A DNA stretch of 19,056 nucleotides from Myxococcota bacterium (GTDB lineage: Bacteria; Myxococcota; XYA12-FULL-58-9; JALHOP01), in NCBI GenBank assembly GCA_041288095.1, contig JBGGMJ010000156.1:1-19056 (forward strand), given 5' to 3'. The notes under the pieces are model-generated. The model was not told where the DNA came from, searched no databases, and was given only the letters and a program-made list of their open reading frames with translations. The position numbers and the translations under genes are program-made. Of this stretch, positions 6,835 through 13,432 are shown in pieces (positions within the stretch are counted from its first letter, which is position 1; each line of letters opens with the position of its first letter).

Positions 6835-9203
6835 GGCACCACCTCGAAGGTCTCCGGCATGAGGGCCAACGGCTCGTGCTCCCACCGTAGCAGACGTCGG
6901 TGCAAGGCTTCCACGTGCTCGAGCGGCGACGCCGTGATGCTGGCGGCCTTGCTCACGGCATTGCCCAGCGAGAACGCGGCGGATGGCATGTGCACGTCCA
7001 CCTCACCGGTCACGTGCGCGCGGCGTCGAACCTCGTCGACGGCGTCGGCGAGCCCGCCCAGGCGGTCCACCAGCCCGACCTGCAGGGCCTTCAAGCCGCT
7101 GTAGACCCGCCCCTCGGCCAGCTCACGCACGCGCTCGATGGGGAGCTTGCGGCCCGCGGCCACCTTGGCGAGGAACTCGTCGTACTCCTCGCTCAAGATC
7201 TGGGTCAGCCGTGCACGCTCGTCGTCGTTGAAGCCGTGGGTGGTGTAGCGCCAGTCGGCGAGGGGCCCGGTTCGGTAGGTGTAAGGCTTGATGTCGGTGA
7301 GCTTGTAGAGGCCGGAGAGATCGAGCTTGAGCTGGAAGATGCCGATCGAGCCGGTGAGCGTGTTCGGCTCGGCGAGGATCGTATCGGCGCCCGCGATCAC
7401 GTAGTAGCCGCCCGACGCGGCCGTGTCCGCCATCGAGGCCACGATTGGTTTCTTGCGCTGGACCTCGAGCACGGCGCGGTAAATGAGCTCGGACGCGAAG
7501 ATCTCACCGCCGCCGCTGTCGACACGAACCACCACACCGGCGACACGCGGGTCGTCCCCGGCTTCGGTCAGCTGCTTGACGATGCGCACCGCTGAAGCGG
7601 ACTCACCGGGCAACGGGTTGTCGTCGTCCTCGCGGACGATGGTGCCCACCACGGGAACGACCGCGACGATGGGCGCCTGGCCCCAGGTCTTCGACGCCCG
7701 ATCGAGCAAGTCGTCGGCGGTGTGGGCGCGCTCCTTGTTGGGCCGCGCGATGTCGAGCTCCGCCACTTCGTCGACGAGACCGAAGCCACGTGCTTCCTCG
7801 GCGCGGACGCCGCCACGACGCAACACACTGGCGACACGCTCGTCGTCGAGGCCGCGCTCCTTGAGGGCGGTCTCCAGGGTCGACTGGGCCTGGGCGAGGA
7901 GCTCGCTGCGCACCTCGTCGTCCTCGGGGCGTGGTCTGTCGCTCGTGAGCGCGTCGGGGGCCGACTTGTAGCGGCCGATGGCGACGACATCGAAGCGGAT
8001 GCCTAGGTGCTCCAGCGCCGCGCCGAAGTAGTAAGCGAGCAGCGCGAACCCGTCGACACCGATGATCGCCGACTTGTCGAGACGGACGACGTCCGCCGCG
8101 GCGGCCACGAGGTAGCTCTTGTCGTCGGCGTAGCCGAGCTCGGCGACGACGCGTTTGCCGGCGGCGCGCAGATTCATGATCTCGGCGCGCAGCTCGTCGA
8201 CGAAGCCCATCCCCACATCGAGGTGGCCGACCTTCAGGACCACCGTGCCGACGCTCGGCTCACGGGCGAGGCGGCGCAAGCGCCAGCCGATGGTCGGCGT
8301 CATCTCGCGGGTGCCGAACAAGCCGTCACTCTTGCGCGTGAGCTGACCCGTCAGCGCGAGCTCCACGGTGCGGCCGCTCTGCCAGTCACCGAGGCTCTCG
8401 CTGGGATTGGCACGGAAGGTCACGACAGTCGCCGAGGCCAGCTCCTCGCGGCCAGTGCCCGACCGCGCCTCGTCACCCGCTTGGAGCTCGAACGCTTGCC
8501 GTAGCTCGACGGGTCCTATGCCGAGCTGAAGGCCGACCGCGACGAATTCATTCTGGAAGTCGTAGGCGCCGTAGACGTGCACGCCTCGTCCGCCGACGTC
8601 GACGACGGCGCGGGTGTGCGCGAAGTCGTGAGTGCGCCCATCGAGCTGAGTTTGCGCACCCAGCGTGAGCCACGGCGCGGCGAGCACCGGGCGGATGGCG
8701 ATGCCTCCGCTATAGTGGAAGTTCTGTCGCGCGTCCAAGAGATATGGGCTGCCGACGTCGTCGATGCCCATGGAGATCGACAGCCATTGGAACGGCACCG
8801 CGAAGAAGCCGATGTCCCAGGTGCCGCCTTCGCGGAAGCCGCGCTGATAGGCACGGTACCCCCGGTAGGTGAAACCCACGGCGAACGTCTCGGAGAGCTT
8901 CGCCGACAGGCCGATGCTGCCACGCTCGAACGAGCGGTTGGTGAGCGGCACCCACTCGTAACCGGCCTGCAAGCGCAAGGGCCCCATCGGCACGATGCCG
9001 TAGGCGCCGAACAAGCTGTGCTCGTTCTTGATCGAGAACTGCTCGTACTGCAGCTCGAGACCGTCCACGAAAGCGGTGCCGGCGGGATCGAAGGTGAGAG
9101 CGTCGGCGCCTCGAGCAAAACCGCGAACGTTGGAGACGCCGCCGGGATTCATGTCGGCGCTGCCGGCACCGACGAGCGCGAGGACGATCAAGAGTTGATT
9201 CAT
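6831..9203 (-). CDS. sppA: Signal peptide peptidase SppA (S49, tandem domains) with an extra N-terminal putative outer-membrane beta-barrel domain
   Basis: 790 aa. Catalytic Lys motif 'GRYKSAPD' and Ser motif 'AASGGYY', plus 'RVDSGGG', 'TLTGSIGIF', 'AEGRVYSG' and 'GLVDRLGGLADAV'. Residues ~20-270 show an alternating aromatic/Gly beta-strand pattern. The ATG overlaps the recO stop (ATGA). Confidence 0.9.
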   Translation of the reverse strand: MNQLLIVLALVGAGSADMNPGGVSNVRGFARGADALTFDPAGTAFVDGLELQYEQFSIKNEHSLFGAYGIVPMGPLRLQAGYEWVPLTNRSFERGSIGLSAKLSETFAVGFTYRGYRAYQRGFREGGTWDIGFFAVPFQWLSISMGIDDVGSPYLLDARQNFHYSGGIAIRPVLAAPWLTLGAQTQLDGRTHDFAHTRAVVDVGGRGVHVYGAYDFQNEFVAVGLQLGIGPVELRQAFELQAGDEARSGTGREELASATVVTFRANPSESLGDWQSGRTVELALTGQLTRKSDGLFGTREMTPTIGWRLRRLAREPSVGTVVLKVGHLDVGMGFVDELRAEIMNLRAAGKRVVAELGYADDKSYLVAAAADVVRLDKSAIIGVDGFALLAYYFGAALEHLGIRFDVVAIGRYKSAPDALTSDRPRPEDDEVRSELLAQAQSTLETALKERGLDDERVASVLRRGGVRAEEARGFGLVDEVAELDIARPNKERAHTADDLLDRASKTWGQAPIVAVVPVVGTIVREDDDNPLPGESASAVRIVKQLTEAGDDPRVAGVVVRVDSGGGEIFASELIYRAVLEVQRKKPIVASMADTAASGGYYVIAGADTILAEPNTLTGSIGIFQLKLDLSGLYKLTDIKPYTYRTGPLADWRYTTHGFNDDERARLTQILSEEYDEFLAKVAAGRKLPIERVRELAEGRVYSGLKALQVGLVDRLGGLADAVDEVRRRAHVTGEVDVHMPSAAFSLGNAVSKAASITASPLEHVEALHRRLLRWEHEPLALMPETFEVVP

Positions 9204-9814
9204 TGCCGGGTTCGCTTATCCCCGCCCGCGACTGGTGTCACGCGCGTCTTCAAAGGATGCCCCAGGTGATTCTCGATCCACTTCATGGCCAGAGCTTCCG
9301 CCGCATCGGCGATAGCCGCGTTCGGAGCGTCGCCAGAGAGAAACGCGGAGAGGACCTCGGGCGCGCAGACCAACGCGTCTTCGTCGGGCATGATGCCGGC
9401 CGCTGTCAGCAAGAGAGGGTACGCCGCGATAGCGGATTTGACGTCGGCCCGAGCACAAGCGTCGAGCCCAGCCTCGAGCGCGGTCATTTGCTCCGCCGAG
9501 CGCTGGTGGGCATTGCTGAGAGCCCGGGCACACTCGGTGATGCGGCCGGCTCGCTCGAAGGCCTCGAGGCTGGCGCGGATGCCGAGACGAGCGTCGACGA
9601 CGCTGGCGCGCTCGAGACGCCAGAGATTTCCTCCCGGCACCACCTCGACCGCGAGCGTCGCGAACAAGTCGAGCCCTCCAACGAAGCGGCGCTTGGACGC
9701 CCTGGCTCCACGCGCCACACAGGCGAGCCGACCCTCCTCGGCGGTGAGCAGCTCCACGACGCGGCTCGACTCGTCGAAGCTCGTGCTGTGCAAGACGACG
9801 CCGCGTAACTCCAT
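9200..9814 (-). CDS. recO: DNA repair protein RecO (short form, 204 aa)
   Basis: N-terminal OB-fold signature 'GVVLHSTSFDESSRVVELLTAEEGRLACVARGARASKRRFVGGLDLF'. Start placed at ATG 9814 (MELRGVVL), where family similarity begins. Confidence 0.9.
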   Translation of the reverse strand: MELRGVVLHSTSFDESSRVVELLTAEEGRLACVARGARASKRRFVGGLDLFATLAVEVVPGGNLWRLERASVVDARLGIRASLEAFERAGRITECARALSNAHQRSAEQMTALEAGLDACARADVKSAIAAYPLLLTAAGIMPDEDALVCAPEVLSAFLSGDAPNAAIADAAEALAMKWIENHLGHPLKTRVTPVAGGDKRTRQ

Positions 9815-9885
9815 GGCCCTTCCGCTACCCTTCGTCACGGCCGTCAGGCAATGCCGGCGGGCCCCCGGCGTTTCCACGCAACGAA

Positions 9886-9912
9886 TCAGGGACGTCACCC
9901 GATAACCGATAT
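9886..9912 (+). promoter_or_regulatory. Candidate sigma28 (FliA/WhiG)-type promoter upstream of the orphan gene
   Basis: Tandem CCGATA motifs: CCCGATAA (9898-9905) and ACCGATAT (9905-9912), similar to the GCCGATAA -10 consensus. TCAGG (9886-9890) lies 14 nt before the second copy, similar to TCAAG-N14. Confidence 0.4.
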
Positions 9913-9963
9913 TGGGAGGCTTTGCGCTCCGACGGCGCGAAGTCTCTGAAGGGTGGTTCCTGC

Positions 9964-11754
9964 ATGGCTACGGTACCCGCGGTCGACGCGGATCCTGTCG
10001 TTGTCGCGGCTACGCCGACGGCACGCCCCCTACCGCCACGCATCGCCGCTGCCATCGGCAACGCTGGTTTCCCAGCCGAGCTCGGCGATGTGTCTACGTT
10101 TTTCCGCTACACCCGCTTGGACGCGACCTCGCCGACGGTTTCGCACCTGCTCGTGAACGGCGGTCTTTCGGCCTACAACCGCTCCGGCATGATGATTCAG
10201 CGCGCCGTCATGGCGTTGAACCGCGCTGAGAATCCCCAATGGGGCATGCGCAATATCCGCGGTGAGTTCATCTTCTTCGATCCGCGGCGCCTCGCGGGGG
10301 CTCCCGAACCGCTGCGCGCCGCGGCGCTCGCGGCCCTCGAACGTCTAACCCAAGAGCTCGGCGGTCAGACCACCGGTCCCATCGAGGGCGACACCGACCG
10401 CGTCGAGCGCCCGACACGCCCGCGCTCGACAGGCCCTCAACCCGCCGCCGTCAGACCTCCCGAGCCCGGCACCGTGGCGCGGGGAGCGCCGCTGCCTCAA
10501 CACGCCGCTCTCGAAGGCATCACCGACGAGTACCGCGCTTGGCTTACTCGCGGCGACAACCGCATGCGCACCGTCGAGGCCCTCCTGGGCAGCCGGCCCG
10601 AAAGCTTCGAGGCCGGGCTCACCGCCGCCGCGGCGCGCCACGACATCCGCCCCGGCGGACGGCACGCGAACATCCAGCAGGCCGCGATGGCGCTGCAGAC
10701 CGACCTCCAGGTGCCCGGTACGCCGGACGGTAAGTTCGGGCGCATCAGCACGCCCATCTTGCAGGCCGCCCGTGGGCGCTATAGCGGAGAGCAGCTCGCA
10801 TCGCCCGAAGGGCGGCGCGCCATCCGCACGGAGCTCCAGGGTCGCGACACGCTGCTCGCGGCCGTCTCCGAGCACTTCGGCGCGGATCGGCCTGCCGAAG
10901 TCGAACGCCCGGCGCCCGTCGTTCAGGCAGATCCCGAGCCAGTCACGCCCCGCCAGGACCGACTGCCCGTCGTCGTGCAGCAAGAGCCGCCCGTCGTCAC
11001 GCCGCCGAATCCGTATCAAGAGCTCACGAACCTCCGCACGACCAACGCAGCGGAGTACGCGACGCGACGCGCGGCACTCGTCGCTTCAGCGCAAGGCAAC
11101 GCGCCGACGATGACGCGCATCTTCACTGAAGCCGCCGCCGTCAACCGCGACGTCGCCGCCGATCTCGCGACCGCCTGGCTCGCCGCCAATGAGACGTCGC
11201 TGCTCTCCGGGCCGGAGGTCTTGCAATCACGCCGCGCCTTCGCGCGCTTGATGTCGCGCACACCAGCCGCGACGAGCTTGCCGCCGGCACTCAATGACCA
11301 GTTGGCACGCATCCTCGCGCCAAACACGCCGTCGGGCCCGGGTCTATTCAGCGCGCCGACCGGGGACGACCTCGCGGCGTCCACGGTGTTCGAATCGGCC
11401 CGCGTCGCCCGAGCGCAAACGGGAGACGCCCTCTTGAGAGACGATCGCGACCGCTACGCCACGTTCATGTGGGCGTCACCGGACGTCGTCGCGCGCATGA
11501 TCACGTCACTGTCCGCGAGCAAGCCCGACGTCGCGAATGAGTTTGGCGATGCGATGGCGCGCCACCTCCAGAGCGGAGGCCCGGTGGGAACGCTCGACGG
11601 CCGTGTCGACGCGCTTTACGCCATCTACCAGCGGCTCGACCCCGCGGCGCGTGAGCGCGTCCGCGCCGGCATGCGCGGCATGGGTCGCATCATGGGTTTC
11701 AACGTCACCGGCATCGCCGACCATCTGGTCGACCGCGTCACCGTCGCGCGCTAG
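9964..11754 (+). CDS. Hypothetical ~596-aa multidomain protein with Pro-rich linkers and a possible peptidoglycan-binding-like motif
   Basis: Long ORF with host-like GC3 bias that fills the gap between recO and tgl. ATG 9964 is preferred (AAGGGTGG upstream); TTG 9922 is the alternative. Contains 'AAMALQTDLQVPGTPDGKFGRISTPIL'. No obvious signal peptide or TM segment. Confidence 0.75.
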   Translation: MATVPAVDADPVVVAATPTARPLPPRIAAAIGNAGFPAELGDVSTFFRYTRLDATSPTVSHLLVNGGLSAYNRSGMMIQRAVMALNRAENPQWGMRNIRGEFIFFDPRRLAGAPEPLRAAALAALERLTQELGGQTTGPIEGDTDRVERPTRPRSTGPQPAAVRPPEPGTVARGAPLPQHAALEGITDEYRAWLTRGDNRMRTVEALLGSRPESFEAGLTAAAARHDIRPGGRHANIQQAAMALQTDLQVPGTPDGKFGRISTPILQAARGRYSGEQLASPEGRRAIRTELQGRDTLLAAVSEHFGADRPAEVERPAPVVQADPEPVTPRQDRLPVVVQQEPPVVTPPNPYQELTNLRTTNAAEYATRRAALVASAQGNAPTMTRIFTEAAAVNRDVAADLATAWLAANETSLLSGPEVLQSRRAFARLMSRTPAATSLPPALNDQLARILAPNTPSGPGLFSAPTGDDLAASTVFESARVARAQTGDALLRDDRDRYATFMWASPDVVARMITSLSASKPDVANEFGDAMARHLQSGGPVGTLDGRVDALYAIYQRLDPAARERVRAGMRGMGRIMGFNVTGIADHLVDRVTVAR

Positions 11755-12521
11755 TTCAACGTCGCGAGCGAGCTGCGGCAGCGCGCTCCATAACCATCGG
11801 TCTCATCGGCGCACTGCGTGAAGGCGTCGCGCGCGGCTTCGTGATCGCCGCGCTTCAGGTGCCCCATCGCCAGATAGTACCGCATCTCACGGAGCAGCTC
11901 GGGCTGGATCTGATCGGCGATCTCGGGATCGGCGGCGCAATAGCGCTCGAAGCGCATGCAGCTCTGCACGGTGTCGTCGGCGGCACCTTGCTCGAGATCG
12001 ATGTGCGCGAGCCACTCGTAGCCACGGCAGAACTTCGGGTTGGTCGCTAAAGCGTTGCGCAAGTGCTTGCGGGCGCCGACCACGTCACCGCGCTTGTAGA
12101 GCGCCCACGCCATGTTGCCCTCGGCGAGCCAGGGGGTTCCGTAAAGAATATCGCCCAACGCCGTCTGATGCGCCGCGACGGCGTCATCGTAGCGGCCCAT
12201 GTCGGTGAGCAGCGTACCCATGTTGTTCGCCGCCTCGGAGAAATCGGGCTTGAGCTTCATGGCGCGCTCGTAGTGCGCGAGCGCGTCGTCGGCACGACCG
12301 AGCGCGTGATAGACGAGCCCCAAGGCGTTGTGCACCTGCGGCAGCTCGGGATCCTTTTCGGCGGCGGCCATGAGGTCACGCAAGGCGCCGCGCGGCTCGC
12401 CGCGCCGGAGCGACTCCACGCCCATGTCGTACTGTAGGCGAGCCTGCGCCTGATCTTGCTCCGAAATGGTGTGACCACAGGCGGCCAAACCGAGGACGAG
12501 AATGAACGAGAATCGGCGCAT
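11751..12521 (-). CDS. tgl: Type IV pilus pilotin, Tgl/PilF/PilW-type TPR lipoprotein
   Basis: Lipobox 'LAAC' and TPRs. 'ALAHYERAMKLKPDFSEAANNMG', 'DILYGTPWLAEGNMAWALYKRG' and 'TNPKFCRGY', with C-terminal Cys residues, closely resemble Myxococcus Tgl as I recall it. Confidence 0.85.
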   Translation of the reverse strand: MRRFSFILVLGLAACGHTISEQDQAQARLQYDMGVESLRRGEPRGALRDLMAAAEKDPELPQVHNALGLVYHALGRADDALAHYERAMKLKPDFSEAANNMGTLLTDMGRYDDAVAAHQTALGDILYGTPWLAEGNMAWALYKRGDVVGARKHLRNALATNPKFCRGYEWLAHIDLEQGAADDTVQSCMRFERYCAADPEIADQIQPELLREMRYYLAMGHLKRGDHEAARDAFTQCADETDGYGARCRSSLATLN

Positions 12522-12529
12522 CGTGAGCG

Positions 12530-12558
12530 ACGGTACGGTTGCCCGCCTACACGGTCAA
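12530..12558 (-). promoter_or_regulatory. Sigma70-type promoter for tgl, probably giving a leaderless or near-leaderless mRNA
   Basis: On the - strand: TTGACC (12558-12553), 17 nt, TACCGT (12535-12530), 8 nt, ATG (12521). No Shine-Dalgarno sequence. Confidence 0.6.
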
Positions 12559-13418
12559 TTTTTCGGCGCGAGGACGGCGTACCCGGCGATGCGCGCCATC
12601 TCGCGACGCCGTTTCTTCGAGGCCAAAAGCATGAGCGGTAGCGCCCAGATCGGCGCGGGAAAACGTCGTCCGAGCCGAGCCGACTCCTCGCCGTAATAAC
12701 GGATCTCCCGCGCCTGCCAGCCGTTCTCCGCGAAGAAACCGTGCCAGTCGTCGACGAAGAACTGAAACGGCGCGTTGCGCATCTGCCGCGCGTGTTTGCC
12801 GCCCTGGAGGAAGCGCTTCATGAAGGAGGTCATGTAGTCGGCAATCCAGTGCTTCATGTTGGGGAAGCGACGCAGAGCCTTGCCGAGCTCGGCCACCTGG
12901 TCGGGCGTGAGATAGGGCACGACGCCCTCGGTGAGCACGATGACGTTCTTGGCCCGCTCACTCACCTGCGCGAACAGCGCGTCGCGCGCCTTGGGCTCAT
13001 TGAGGTCGACGGCCCACCGCTCGAGCGCACAGTTCGCGGGCTTACCCTGGAGCTTCTCGTTCTTGAGCGCCAGCAAGGGCTCGTAGTCGGCCTCGAACCA
13101 CTGAAAGCCCGGCGGGAGGCTCAAGCGGTATGGTCGGGTGTCGAGCCCGGCGCCGATGTTGAGCACGGCGTCCGCGCCCTCCGCGATGAGCGTCGCGATG
13201 TAGCTGTCGATGATGCAGGTCCGGATGACCACCGACCAGGCCGTGTAGCGGCTACGTTCCATGGTCCGCGCGATCCATTCGCCCCGGTCGCCGGCGAGGA
13301 CCCCCGCGTACGGATCGTGAAAGAGGGGCTGCTTGCGCCGACCTTCCCGCGCCCGGAAAGTCGCGACCCAGAGCGCGGTGTCGGAGACATGCTCGATCGG
13401 AGTGAAGTTGTCGGCCAT
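12555..13418 (-). CDS. SAM-dependent methyltransferase, leucine carboxyl methyltransferase (LCM)/TIGR00027-like family
   Basis: 'VSDTALWVATFRARE', 'LFHDPYAGVLAG', 'IRTCIID', motif I 'VLNIGAGLDTRPYRL', 'LTEGVVPYL'. Start is ATG 13418 or 13427. Confidence 0.9.
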   Translation of the reverse strand: MADNFTPIEHVSDTALWVATFRAREGRRKQPLFHDPYAGVLAGDRGEWIARTMERSRYTAWSVVIRTCIIDSYIATLIAEGADAVLNIGAGLDTRPYRLSLPPGFQWFEADYEPLLALKNEKLQGKPANCALERWAVDLNEPKARDALFAQVSERAKNVIVLTEGVVPYLTPDQVAELGKALRRFPNMKHWIADYMTSFMKRFLQGGKHARQMRNAPFQFFVDDWHGFFAENGWQAREIRYYGEESARLGRRFPAPIWALPLMLLASKKRRREMARIAGYAVLAPKN

Positions 13419-13432
13419 AGTGCCCATCTCTC

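Noticed and set aside
1625..7595. Other 200-350 aa antisense ORFs (1625-2680, 3241-4146, 4276-4896, 6175-7104, 6900-7595)
   Set aside because: They lie opposite confidently identified genes and reflect codon-bias mirroring.
9815..9898. Extended recO start at 9898
   Set aside because: RecO similarity begins at MELRGVVL (9814). The extension covers the divergent promoter region.
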